The position numbers were made by a program, and so were the translations under genes. DNA of 64,000 bases from Eledone cirrhosa (Eukaryota): NCBI GenBank assembly GCA_964016885.1, contig OZ024742.1, positions 142,848,001 through 142,912,000 on the forward strand, read 5' to 3'. Positions 12,401 to 24,971 of this stretch are shown here, piece by piece (the first letter of the stretch is position 1; the number at the start of each line of letters is the position of its first letter). Under the pieces are notes generated by a model, which saw only the letters and a program-made list of their open reading frames with translations, searched no databases and had not been told where the DNA came from.

Positions 12401-15400
12401 ATTGACAGGATTGTTAGAGCACTGGAAATAATGCTTTATGACATTCATTCCAGCTCTCTAGAGTTCAAATTTTACAATGGCCAACTTTGCTTTTTGACCT
12501 TTTGGGGGTCAATAAATGAAGTACCAGTTAAGTTCTGGGCTCAATTTTTCCTCTCTCTAAGAATTGGCTATGTGAATGGGCAAAAAAGAAAAGAGTGTTC
12601 ACATCGCAGACTCTCTACAATCATTTCACCACCACACCACAGACATGAAAAGAAATACCCCATCACCTGTCTTCTTTGACAACATGAAACTGCCTCCCTT
12701 AGTCCCCTTTCTGTGCACTGCTTTGTCATCTGTTGTCATTTATTCATACTTCATTCCCTGCCTACTTCCCATTTTCTGTACTTAATGTTTTATGATGTCT
12801 TGTACTTTTGTTTGCGCTCGTGTTCATTAAAAGTGATTCCTAGCTTGTGTTAGTCCATACACCTTTGTGTTCTTTGAAGCTTCTGTTCTATAAATGACCT
12901 TAATTATTAAATAATAAATATTTATGTTGAACACAGAGTATATTAGTATAGCATAAAGTTCGATCAACAAGATCCTAGACCCCATTTGCTTAGAGAGTGG
13001 GGTGGAACTCATCAAATCAGACCAAGGAAACAATGTTTCTATTGGTTTTTCTATTGCTGATACTATCTACTGGCAGTATATATTAGAACATTTAAAATAA
13101 ATTTTATGTAAATATAACAACAGTTTTTCAGTTAGAAGCTTCAAGAATGAAATGTAAACATATTATCCATTCAGATATTACAGCTTTATTTAGCCATTTT
13201 GATACCAAACTGCCCGAAACTATCCTGGATTTATGATATAAAACTGTTCATTTTAAAATGTTTATCCTTATATGAAGACCTTCCATCATAATTTTATTTC
13301 AGCAATGTTAAGTGATATTCTAAATATTAGATTACTAATGAAAAACTTATTTTATTATATCCTTCTAAATTTGTGGTTATTTTAAAAATTAACTGAAACA
13401 TAAGGGCAGTATATTTCTTAGGAATGTGATAATGAAGGGATTAATAAATTCATTAAGAGTTTTAATTACTTACATGTATAGCTTCCTGTGGATCATCACC
13501 TAACGTTTTACCTTTGGCACTAATAAAAGAAAAAGATTAATAAGAATATTAACACTTTTAAAAAACTTTTATAATGGAGAAAGTAAAATGTTGCAAAATA
13601 AAATTATATAATTAATTTCTAAGAAGGTTAATCACTAAAGATAATTTAAATACATCATCATCATCATCATCATCATCAACGTTTAACGTCCGTGTTCCAC
13701 GCTTGCATGGGTTTGGACGGGGGTAGTCCCACTTGAGGCAAGAGTGATTGTCTTGCTCGCATAGGACTGTCTGGCAGGTTTTCTACAGTTGGATGCCCTT
13801 CCTAACACCAACCACATTTACAGTGTGGGTCTGGGAGGTTTTTACCGTGTTGCCTACACGGCCACATTACAGCGTGGACTGTGTGTTTTTTTGTCGTGAC
13901 ACCTACACGATCTCATTTGTTTCGGCCTCGATGGCGCGGCACCGACATAACTTTACATAGAACGGGGTGGTGTGGATGGGGTGGGGGTGGTGCGGGGTGT
14001 ATTTTGTTAGAGATGCCTACTGGCTGGAGTAGGTTTTACTATATATTTAGGTAAGGCGGGTCTTCTCTGTTACTGAGTACCGCCAAAGGTCTCGGTCCAG
14101 TGACATTGTCTTGGAGAGGTGTAAGTGTGTGATGTCGGAGTTTATCAGCTCGTCCCAGGTTTTTCTAGGTCTGCCTATTCCGTGACTACCGTCTATCTTT
14201 ATTGCCCTGCACTTTGTTATACAGCTATCGACTTTCATGCGCATCACGTGTCCATACCAACGTAGCCTTCTCTCGAGTAAACAACATCTGATCCCTCTTA
14301 TCTCTAAAAATAACATAATTAATTAATAAATATTTATGCTAGAACATAACATATATCAAAAGATTAAAGATAAATTTCATGTAGATATAACTATAGCTTT
14401 TGAACTGGAAGCCTTTGCTGTGATAAGAAAGAAGTGTAAACATACATTCAACCATTCCACCTATACATAGAAAAACATGAGATTATCTTTCTATGTTTTA
14501 GATATTACTAGCAGGATGGTCCGGCATTGCTCGGGATTCTAAACATAGATTGGCATGTTTATCCCTCCTTTCTGAAACAGTACAGAGAAGTACGGGATAC
14601 CTCTGCCTGGGGGTGGTGTCTACATTTTGTGCTTATAAAAAAAATTTGTCGTAGATTATCAGGGGTTTAACTTAATTGGGTGCCTGAGAGTAAAATGTTC
14701 AACCCACGAAAGCCAAGACAATAGGGTTAAGTAAAAAGACATTCGACTAACCGAACATGTATTTGTTGTGCTATGGTACAATGAAAGCAATAGTTACAGA
14801 GCAGTAAGCATGTGGGACTGCAGTGGTGGAGAGTGGTGTGGTCTTACTCCTTTCAATGTTTCGTCGTATGTTCAGCAATTGATACAGAAGTCCTAATGAA
14901 AAGTGAAGTCGCCTTGGGTGAATAGGCAAATAATTTTCCATTACGATTTTTCAAAAGCATGTAATTGTGTTCCCTCTCTTTTTTGTTGTTGTTTTTGCTG
15001 TTGTTTATATTTTGTTTTTGTGTATGCAAAAATATCTGTACACGAATATATAATTATATATATATGTAAAAGTTCTATTTAAATTGTTGGGATACAACAA
15101 GCAAATATTTTTATAACTGATATAAAGCACTCAACAAGTATTTGGAGTAAACATACGATATTAACAAATGGAAACTATATTTATAAAACCATATTTATTT
15201 TATTATACATATTTCTAGGACACCACATTAATTAATATATATATATTAAAATAACAGATTAAAGTTAAAGCAAAGAATTGCTGCTTTCACCCTTAACGGG
15301 ATCTTCTGAAACTAAAAAAATCAATCTGTGGCAGAAGTAAATATATATATATATATATACACACACACTATATATATACATATACATACACAGATAGCGT

Positions 15401-18400
15401 CATAATATCGTAATGCAGACAGTCAGACATACAGACAGATATTATAAGGGCGCGACGTTTGGCGCCTAATGCGGTCCCTAGGGCATTGATAATTTGAAAT
15501 TTTTTTTGCTCAAAATACTCACATGACCATAAGTATTACATGTGTAAAGTTTGAAAAAAATCGGTTGGGTGGTTCTCGAGTTTTAGGGAGTCAGACAGAC
15601 AGACATTCTCTGTTTTAGATATATAGATTGTCTTCTCATGAGGAAATAACTAAGTCTATGAGTCTGTCGACAGAGGGATTTTACTATAACAATGCTGCAT
15701 ATGTCAAGCAGGCTGTAGAATATAACTGAAATGATCAGTCTAATTTGCATGACATACTAAATAAATAATTATGTAGAACATGGCTTATATTAGATTTTAT
15801 ATAAATTTAATGTAAGTATAATTAAATTTTGAATTAGAAGCTATTGCCATAAAAAGAATGAAATGCATAAAGGTAATCTGCTTTGGTAATTTTTTTTTTT
15901 CTTCTGTACACAAGGGAATAGTAGAAAGTGTGTTTACACATTTCTTTTCACAGCAAGGCTTCTAACATTTACACCACAACAAAATATTGTCCTGATGTAA
16001 ATATTAGCTTCTAATTAATTGGTAACAATTTATAACTATTTACATGATAAAATACATCCAGTACACTCTGTAAAGTGGTAGTGCTAGTGTCATGATAAAA
16101 TGCATTAAGTACACCCTGTAAAGTGGTAGTGCTGGAGTCATGATAAAATGCATCCAGTACACCCTATAAAGTGGTATTGCTAGTGTCATGATAAAATGCA
16201 CTCAGTACACTCTGTAAAGTATTAGTCTCTAAAGTCTGTCTTAGGCCCGGGTGCTTATCCTGGTTAACATGCCGTTACATGACTAAGAGTACAAAACTTC
16301 CCCTGGTACTCATTTTCAGTTGAGTATACTGGAGCAACATGAAATGAAGTGTTTGGTTCAAGAACACAACACACAATGCAATCCAGAAATCAAACCCACG
16401 GCATTATGATCGTAAGTCCAATGCTCTTATCACCAGGCCACATGCCTCCATGTTAGTGCTAGTACTATAATAAAATGCACCTAATACACTTTATAAAGTG
16501 GTAGAGCTCTGCAACAATAAAATGCACCCAGTACACTCTGTAAAGTGGTGGTGATGATATCATGATAAAATGCACTAAGTACACCCTATAAAGTGGCTGC
16601 CATTAGTAAAGGCATCCAGCTGTAGAAACCAAGCCAAAAATGGAACATATGAGCAAGACATAATTCTCTGATCAGTCTATTCTTGAACCAAGAGGACCTA
16701 TCCAACCTTTGCTAGCATGTAAAAAGGACTGGTGATGATGATGATAATAGGAATCCGACAAAAATATTCAGAATACAATAAAAACAGAGAAACTTTATAC
16801 TTCACCTAGCATATTCTTCTCGGATTACTTTTAATACTCTCCGCACCATATTGCCAATAACTGATTCTGAAGGTTGAACTGACATCATCCGCTTACCTTC
16901 TCTGCGAATTATATCCATCAACTCTCTGAAAATTTAAAGGAAAATCATAATAATTTACCAAATAAATCTCAAACAGTGAGATCTTCAGTCTTTGATAATA
17001 ATTTTCTCTATTTTCATTTGTTAAAATAATGTATAACTTTTGTTATTTCCTTTGAGAAATACTATGTTCTTAAAATGAGAAAATTGGAATATATCTTTTA
17101 ACATTCTTAAGATGGGCAAAATATGGTAGTAAATAAGTGTACTTTTAAACCTGGCAGAGCCCAATCCTCTCCAGGTCTGAATACAGCAGATTTTTTCTAT
17201 AGAGGAAGAATCAATACCAGTACTGGACTGGTACTTTTTTATCGACCTCGAAAAGATGAAAGGCAAAGTTGACCTTGGCGGGATTTGAACTCAGATTGCG
17301 CAATGAGGTGGGATGAATACCATAAAGCATTCTATCCAACATCTTAATGAATCTGCCAATTCCCTGCCTTATAAGGATAAACATTTTAAAATGTGCATTT
17401 TTTAATCATAAATCCAAGGTGGTTTTAGGCACGTTGGTTAATAAAATTCAAATTAAATCAATAAAGTCGACCAACAATGACAAGGATGTACATATGTGTA
17501 TGTATGGTCTCATAACTCCTGAGGGAGTCATAACGGTGCTGTATTGACATATGGTGTTTCTTTGGTATTTTTATTTTTTAAACCTGGCAAAACCCACCCC
17601 TCTCCAGGTCGGAATACAGCAATTTCTTCCAGAGAAAGATAGAGTGTGAGAGAATGGAAGAAAGAGATATAGAGGAAGAATCAACCCCAGTACTAGACTA
17701 ATGCTTTTTTTTTTTATCGACATTGAATGGATGAAAGGTAAAGTTGCCCTTGGCAGGATTTGAGAGTAGAGAGCTGAAATGAATACTGCAATGCATTCTA
17801 TCCGACATTCTAACGACTCTGCCAATTTGCCACCTATTATGATAGGGATGATGACATTTATATTTTGCATCATCTAATAAGTGAGGCCTAATATTTTAAC
17901 AAATAATTAGACTACTTCATTATATTTTTTCCCTACTATTCAACAATATACTTTGATCATAGGTCTGGTCAATCAAGGTTTTTATTCCAGACATAGATTC
18001 TGACTTTGTTACGTTTTGTTTTTTACTGTTTAGTCAGCGGCTTTAGGACTGATGGGTTTCTTTAAACAAGAGACCTGGTCCAAATACTTACAACATGGAC
18101 TCAACTAAAGGCACACAAGGTCAGTAGTTTGAGCAAATCAATGATCAAAGCATTCCAATCATGACCTTACTACCTTTGATACATAGTGTATCTGAGACAG
18201 GAGGATTTGATTTAAGGGAGATGTGGGAGTTATTTATAATGATAAGTCAATTGACAATGTAGACACTCTCCCATTACCTCACTTATTACTTATGATTGGC
18301 TGCCACACAACTTTATAAATTTCACAATGTTTATATATATATATATATAAATTAGGTAGTAACGTGCTTTCACCATATTTGACTACATAGAATTAGTCTG

Positions 18401-18540
18401 TTAGTTGGGATTTAAAAAAAAACCCAACTAACAGACTAATTTTATGTAGTCAAATATGGCATAAGCACATGTTACTACCTAATTTTCAAATTCGCTAGCT
18501 GTTTGTAAACAAAGTGTGCTTTGCGTCTCCCTATTTATAT

Positions 18541-18574
<34 letters not shown>

Positions 18575-21418
18575 CATTATCATTTTACAATTTTACATCC
18601 ACTTTCATTGGTTGCAGAGGTTAGACTGATGATATATATATATTTAGCACTTCACTGCTCGCAAGTGTTTTTTAAGGTTCATATCATGTCTCATTTTATC
18701 TGATGAGAACGCAAATATCATCCCATGATATTATTTGTTTTTGAAATGTGCATAATAAAATACATGGAACTCTTTTAACCATCTTTTGATCTTATATTAT
18801 CTATACTCCAGTACTATAAACTGTGGAGTGCTTCTTATCCGATATTTGCATTGCTTTATTGTGCTACAATGAAACTCACCTCCTACACATATATATATAT
18901 CATCATCATCATCATTTTACGTCCACTTTTCCCTGCTTGCAAGGGTGGGACAGGAACTGATTCTGGCTTGATTTCTACAGCTGGATGCCCTTCCTAACAC
19001 CAACCTCATTTACAGTGAGTGCTGGGTGCTTTTTTGACGTGGCACCTACACGTCCACTTTACAGTGTGGGATGGGTGCTTTTTTTGCCGTGGCACCTCCA
19101 CGACCACTCTACAGTGGAATGATAGGGACCCCAGTCCTATCATCTCATTTCTACAGCTGAGTAAACTGGAGCAATGTGAAATAAAGTGTCTTGCTCAAGG
19201 AAACAACACATCACCCGGTCTGAGAATTGAACTCACAACCTTTCGAGTGCAAGGCCAATGCTCTAACCACTAAGCCATGTGCCTCCATATATATATATGT
19301 CCAACCCTTGCAAGCAGGGAAAAGCAGACGTAAAATGATGATGATGATATATATACATGGCCTCAGCCGGATGGCTGAAACAGGTAAAAGAGTATATATA
19401 CACACACACATACATATTGCTGTTATTTCATGCAATCGACTGTATTTAGTTATTTTCAGTATTCAAGACTTTTTACATATTCTAAGAATTACAACCCACT
19501 CAATGCCCCAATGGTATATAGATATGTGTATAGTATATATATGATGATAGTGTCTTTGATGTGAGTATCTACTTTAGCATAGGTACACTATATCCCTGCA
19601 TGTTGTAAAAAGAGATTAAAAGAGTTGGCTGAAAAATAGACTCCATGATGGGTATGAAGCCTATCATAGAGCTTGCAAGGTTAACCCTGCCTTAACTGAA
19701 AAAAATGACAATAAAATGTTATATATAGTCAGTAATGAATTACTTACTTGGCATTATTCCATTCATATTCAGAGATGATTTGTACAAGAAGGTCGAGTGC
19801 ATGATGAGCAAGATAGTGAGAACTAAAGAAGACTCTGAAACAAAGTAAATAGCATAAAACGTTTGTATCATCAAATGTAAGAGACTGAAATGAAGTTAAG
19901 TGACACTATTTCAAATCTAAGGTCAATGTGTATACCACCAGCCCTCAATAAACCATTAAGCAAAATAAGCACATGCTTAAGGCCTTATTTAAAGGAAGTG
20001 GGGCACCATAAAGTATTTTCCCAGAACAGTATATTGGAGTTTGTTCTATATACATTATATGGGTAAACCATAATCTTTTCAGTGCTTAGGATGTCTAAAT
20101 GTTATAATCCAGCCATCAATATCAGTTATCCATCACTTTTTTGAATGTAGAATGTAATTGTGTTAAAAGATGTAATTTCAAATCTAAACATAGACTGAAC
20201 TCAATGTGATTGAGTTACATATGATTGAAATATATAACTAATGTCCTTGTTACACGTTGTTGTAGTTTAGTCCTAGTTTATAACATATTTGTTACTTTTA
20301 GACATGATTCATTTGATCAGTCTTCATCAAATCGACATTAACTTTTAATGCCCTGTACCCCATTTGCATGACATTCTTGAAAAGTATAAAACAGCACGAC
20401 TGCATCACAACAAACCAGTTTTTAGATATTTTCAGCTAAGTCACTACAGGGTGTTAAGATTTAATGAATTGCAGGAAAAGATAAAATAAGACTATTGTTG
20501 GGAGAATTCTTTTACTTTTCCTCTAGTTTTTCTTTTGTTTTATATCATAAGGTCTACCGAGAGAAATTTTGAAAGGACTGCTTTCAGTTTAATACCAATC
20601 ATGGATTTGGAAAATATGAGTTTTACGTATAGCCTAACTACACAGTACAAACACAGTTCGAGAGCATTTAGTAATAACAGCATTAACGAACAGAAGTATA
20701 CAATACTTAAAGTATTGTCCCATCCTTTGTTATCAAATATTGAACTCTGGTTATACCAGGCTCACATATTTCTAGCTATATACAAGACGTGAGAAAAGAT
20801 ATGTTTCCAACGATAGGAAATATTTATATATATTTACTAGCAACGAAGGACGAAATGTTTTTTATTTTATTTTATAGATAAACATGTAAAGGAAGAAATT
20901 TTAGTGAAATAATACAGGATAAATTTCTTGAATAAAATACATAAACACGACAAAATGATGCCACACAAACATATATGTATATGTGTGTATATATATATAC
21001 TACACTTTCTTTAAAGTATCGAGAATCAAGTTGAATAATGGTCTTAGTAGTCATTTAATTAGAAATATCTTATCTGTAATATATATATATACTGTATTTT
21101 CTATTGTGATGAATGTCATAATATATACATACATACACGTTTAAACTTAAATTAATTGACTGATTCACCCATGCTCAATTCTGTTTCACTAAAAACGAAA
21201 AAGATCTTTCACAGAGTAATCTATAAAAACTCGATCAGAGACAACATTGTTTTCACTTTATCAAAACATTAAGGTTTTCAATAATCATGTGAAAGAAAAA
21301 TAACAAACATATATATATAATCTAGTGAAATATATGAGGTTACTAACTGAGCCTTTAATTCCGACATAAAAATCTCGATCTTCTCATTAACATCATTCTT
21401 ATCATTTCCAGATGGCAT
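3374..21418 (-). CDS. EIF2B2: Translation initiation factor eIF2B subunit beta, spliced, 3'-partial (262 codons in window)
   Basis: complement(join(21348..21418,19748..19834,16806..16925,13474..13519,12074..12133,10624..10673,9011..9107,6801..6860,5962..6095,3374..3434)). All introns GT-AG with matching phases. Translation [22 protein letters not shown]...[38 protein letters not shown]...[14 protein letters not shown]...[46 protein letters not shown] follows the eIF2B-beta sequence as recalled. C-terminal exons not found in window. Confidence 0.95.
3660..3858 (+). repeat. ~100-bp tandem duplication with microsatellites
   Basis: Two copies of CTCTCTCACACACATATATAT...CTTCTCATTGCCTTA. Confidence 0.8.
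4511..4702 (+). mobile_element. tRNA-derived SINE family B (representative copy)
   Basis: B box GAGTTCAAATCC; core TTTGCCTTTCATCC..GATAAAATAAAGTACCAG; other copies near 4725, 17200, 17700, 26900, 32470, 36820, 37295, 49020, 54770, 61115. Confidence 0.85.
5070..5752 (-). mobile_element. 5'-truncated copy of the same CR1-like LINE
   Basis: [12 protein letters not shown]...WNKLPASVV; same 3' UTR and tail. Confidence 0.9.
5962..6095 (-). CDS. EIF2B2: EIF2B2 exon 9
   Basis: [44 protein letters not shown]. Confidence 0.96.
6801..6860 (-). CDS. EIF2B2: EIF2B2 exon 8
   Basis: [20 protein letters not shown]. Confidence 0.93.
9011..9107 (-). CDS. EIF2B2: EIF2B2 exon 7
   Basis: [32 protein letters not shown]. 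Confidence 0.95.
10195..10539 (-). mobile_element. SINE family A copy
   Basis: Reverse-complement match to 46952-47296. Confidence 0.88.
10624..10673 (-). CDS. EIF2B2: EIF2B2 exon 6
   Basis: [16 protein letters not shown]; CAG acceptor, GTAAGT donor. Confidence 0.87.
12074..12133 (-). CDS. EIF2B2: EIF2B2 exon 5
   Basis: [20 protein letters not shown]; phase 0/0. Confidence 0.85.
13474..13519 (-). CDS. EIF2B2: EIF2B2 exon 4
   Basis: [15 protein letters not shown]; AG acceptor, GTAAGT donor, phase fits. Confidence 0.85.
13655..14305 (-). mobile_element. 5'-truncated RTE LINE (second family), single 112-bp unit
   Basis: [12 protein letters not shown]...GRPRKTW...[16 protein letters not shown], 3' UTR, (GAT)n. 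Confidence 0.88.
14508..15627 (-). mobile_element. Non-autonomous Helitron in EIF2B2 intron 3
   Basis: Minus strand: A|TCTATATATC... start, (CTGT)n near 5' end, 3' GC hairpin CCCGAGCAATGCCGG then CTAG|T; no TSD. Confidence 0.75.
16043..16745 (+). repeat. ~48-bp minisatellite derived from an RTE/SINE module, interrupted by a SINE and ending in an RTE-type tail
   Basis: Unit CATGATAAAATGCAYYCAGTACACYCTGTAAAGTGGTAGTGCTAGTGT, ~7 copies. Confidence 0.8.
16806..16925 (-). CDS. EIF2B2: EIF2B2 exon 3
   Basis: [39 protein letters not shown]. Confidence 0.95.
18349..18486. repeat. Foldback palindrome / small MITE
   Basis: ~60-bp arms AATTAGGTAGTAAC...GTTAGTTGGG / CCCAACTAAC...GTTACTACCTAATT with A-rich loop. 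Confidence 0.85.
18900..19286 (-). mobile_element. SINE family A copy with internal duplication
   Basis: Reverse-complement match to 46952-47296. Confidence 0.88.
19748..19834 (-). CDS. EIF2B2: EIF2B2 exon 2
   Basis: [28 protein letters not shown]; TTTCAG acceptor, GTAAGT donor. Confidence 0.88.
21348..21418 (-). CDS. EIF2B2: EIF2B2 exon 1
   Basis: [23 protein letters not shown]; donor GTTAGT. Confidence 0.88.
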
Positions 21419-21571
21419 CGTGCTGGAAGTATGTTTGTCAAAGTGCGTCAATTACAACAGGTTCTAACTATAACACACTTATTGCGCATGTGCGACATTT
21501 TATGCAAGCGGCAGCAGCAGCAGTAGTATTATTATTGCTAGTACTTCTTGTTGATGTTTGTGATTGGAAGA

Positions 21572-22599
21572 ATGTCTTGCGAAAGTTGTTTCGGTTACTA
21601 TCATTGTATCCAGAATTTTCATAGTAATGACGAAAAATATATTAACTTTTTGCGTTCACATGGTGTTCTGCCGAAAACAGTTATTTGTCCTCATTGGAAT
21701 ACCGAAAAAGAGCAAAATTTATGGCGGTGCAGAAAAAGTTGTGTTGTTGCTAAAAAGAGAAAAAGACGGCATTGCAACTATTCTGTATCCGATTTGTAGA
21801 TAAGACACACATTCCTTCATGGAAAATCATTCTTTTCGCAAACAATTTTTAAGTCATCTATGGGACCAGAAAACTGTGTTGAAATACTTGAAAATGTCTT
21901 CAAGTTTTTCAGTAACTTGTTTCGAAGTAACAGACAAGTGGTTTTCGAAACAGGAACCGAGTGGCGGAGGTCTTGAGGTTGAAATTGGTAAAAACCTCAA
22001 TAGTTCGCCGTAAATTTGAGAGAGGTCAGGTTTCGCTTTGTGGTTGATTTAAATGGTAGTGAATGCAACAAAGCCACACTTATCTTCTCATCCAATAATA
22101 TATTAAACCTAGCTCGATTGTTTATAGCGATTCCTGGACTACCGACAAGAATCTAAACAGTTTGGGTTATATGCATTTTGTTATTAACCATTCTGAAATT
22201 TTTGAAGATTAAAAAATTGAAACATTGAAAACATTTGAAGAGATTTAAAAAAAATCGATGCAAATGCCGAGTATTCAATCAAAATATCTACACCAGTATC
22301 TGGCCAGATATTTATTTAGATCTTCAACTGAAAATGAAGAAAATATGTTGCATCGATTCTTTCTTGGGGCAGCCAGTTTACATCCACCCCTCTCGGATCG
22401 TCAGCAACGGGTTACCACCCAGGAGGACTCGCATTCCGAGTGAGAAGACGAGGTAAGTCTTAAACTGCATAAGGTACCTGTTATGTTGTTTTTATTTTTT
22501 ATTTTTAGTCACCATGTCTTATATTTCCACTATTACTTTCATTTTTGTCCCCTCCCCCATGTCTTACATTTCCACCATTATTTTCATTTTTGCTGCCCC
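21572..22599 (+). mobile_element. Merlin/ISXO2 (IS1016-like) DDE transposase relic with probable right terminus
   Basis: Frameshifted peptides FLRSHGVLPKTVICPH, WRCRK, GGGLEVEI(G/D)..RRKFERG, IKPSSIVYSDSW, LGYMHFVINHSE, HQYLARYLF; subterminal ~48-bp tandem; end reads GGGGCAGCA on minus strand. Confidence 0.75.
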
Positions 22600-22659
22600 A
22601 ATCTTCCGACGTTTGTCGAGATATACAGTTAACTAAAAAACGAATAATTTTCAAAGGTT

Positions 22660-22990
22660 TTTAAAGTCAGATTCGTTGGGAACATCACAATATTTCCGTT
22701 CCTATGTAAGTAGCGCTTAATCTGGCGTGTGAGCTGCAGCTATATCTTCTTCGGTAGCAATATAACATAAACTCTGTTACTCGACAAGCTGAAGATCGCA
22801 AACTTTCAAAGTATCGACCCCTCTCTGATGAGTTTATCGTCGAACACAGTGATGGAAATATTTGGGTCCTTGAACCACCCCAGTGTGATAATGATGGAGA
22901 AAGCCATCCTCAAAAAACGCGCCCTGCGAGATGAACTGATTCTCAGCGCATTTCCAGTGACTAACGAGGCAACAACCATCTTATGTTTTG
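22660..22990 (+). mobile_element. CRE/R2-type (RLE endonuclease) LINE 3' relic
   Basis: Degenerate QAEDRK..SKY, VME.FG, SQRIS..RGN motifs. Confidence 0.5.
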
Positions 22991-23089
22991 TATTAACTGA
23001 TAAACTACAGAACCAGTAATTTATTGAAAAAATTATCTATATGCCATTATTTATTTACCTTTAGCTGTTTAGATTCTGTTTCCATATGA

Positions 23090-24050
23090 AATTTCTTCTT
23101 GGGAGGGATATGGGGGAAGAGTCCTCCAACACGCCTTTCAGCGGGGCCCGTCAGAAGCAACCGCCTCCAATTGATACAGATGGATCCCCAAGCGGGACCA
23201 GCCAAGCTCATGAATGTTATCCATCCATCTTGCTCGGGGTCTACCCTTTGGTCTTCTGGCGGTTGGTTTTGCCTGTAAAATCTGTCCAGTGATTCTTTCC
23301 TGAAACATTCTAATCACATGTCCATAGTATCGGAGCTGTGATCTCTCAATTCGGAGAAGTAGCGGCCCTACGATCTCCGGGCTATTGAGTAACATTATCC
23401 CAAAGACCCTTCGAAGGAACCCCATTACGACCGCTTGTATTGCGATCGTATTCTTTCGGTCATTACCCAAGATTCATGACCATTGGTAAGGGTTAACACG
23501 AATACCGAATTGAAGATAGCAAGTTTGGCTTTTACACCTGCCACTCTTCTTCTGATGACCGACTGCTGAAGCTGACGCAATATTGCACCTGTTCCTGCAA
23601 TTCTTGCACATAATTCAGCCTCCTGCCTTTCATCACTTGTGAACACGGCTCCAAGATACTTCAACTTCTTCACCTGCTTCATTGAAATTCCACTCACATG
23701 TAGAGTGCACTGTGCAAGGACGAGTGCCTCAGTCATCACAGCACTGATTTTCATTTCTGTCGTGCATGTCGGAGATCACCTTCCGCAAATTCGAGCCGAC
23801 TGATATTACAGAGTGCAACCCCCACATTGAATGGTTACTACTTAGCATCATTTATCCGACTACAAATACTAAGGTATTCATATAGAGGCATCAGGGTAAC
23901 AAGAAGCTGTCCATCGATCTCATACTCCTGCTGAAAATTCCACAATAGTTCATGCGGAACGATGCGGTCATGTCTTTTCGAGGTCTATGAAACAAGTATA
24001 CATCTCTTGGCAATACTCCCATGATTTTTCAAAGATCTGCATGCAATGTG
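23090..24050 (-). mobile_element. RTE/Expander-like LINE fragment
   Basis: LKYLGAVFTSD, GHESWVMTER, IERSQLRYYGHVIRM, RPKGRPRARW. Confidence 0.8.
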
Positions 24051-24239
24051 AATATTTGGTTAGCTTAATTGCGTTAGCTAGCTTGGACTCGACAATATCC
24101 CTACATCTCTTTGCAAGACACTTAGAATGAAACTGTTTAACAATATGACGATGGAAACGCGAATCGGGAGTATTTTTTTTTACAATGAACCATAATCTAG
24201 GATAAAGATTTCTAATTTAGGTCAGAAATGATGGTAACT

Positions 24240-24610
24240 CTTTTCTTAAATTTAAGCTTCAATTCTTCTTGTGTAGAACCTCATTAACAATTGGTAGCAT
24301 CAATTCTTCACCAATAGTATGTATATTTCTGGATTTAGAGCAATCAGTGAAGTTTTGCAAGAGTGGCGTAGCCCATAATTTTCTTGCATTTATGTTGATG
24401 GAAACATTTGCCAATGTTTACAAAATTGGTCTGAAAGTGTATTTAAAAAACCCTAATTTTGAATGTTTTATAGATTCGTTGGAAAATACTTATTGGCAAA
24501 TCAGACACTGATAATAGCTTGTTTGTAGGTGATGGAATAAAGCCACAACTAAAATATTCAGTACTGGCATGTACTTCTGACGTTTCTTCTTCGGGTCTGC
24601 TCTGGTTATA
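24240..24610 (-). mobile_element. hAT Buster/Charlie (SCAND3/ZBED5-like) transposase N-terminal relic
   Basis: Broken reading KKKRQKY..EYFSCGFIPSPTNK..CLICQ*VFSNESIKHSKL and HTIGEELMLPIVNEV. Confidence 0.7.
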
Positions 24611-24971
24611 TCTATAAATATATATATATTATCATACGAAATTCTTTTCTTAGTTTCGGTCATTAGATTGGGGTCATGGTGGGACACTACCGTCAAGGGA
24701 TTTTAATTGATCAGTCCTTGTATTTATTTTATTGAACCATTAAGTCATTGGACCTAAACAGTAAATGTACACACACATATATATACGATAAGCTTCCGCA
24801 TAGTTCCTGTTTAATGGGGGCTACAGTAGAAAACATTTGCCCTATGTTCCACACGGTGGGAACTGGACTCGATACCACGTGATAGCAACGCAAACTTCTT
24901 AACAACAGAGCCAAGCCTGCGCGAGTATATATATTATACATTTTTATATTATTTATTAAATAAGATCATAA

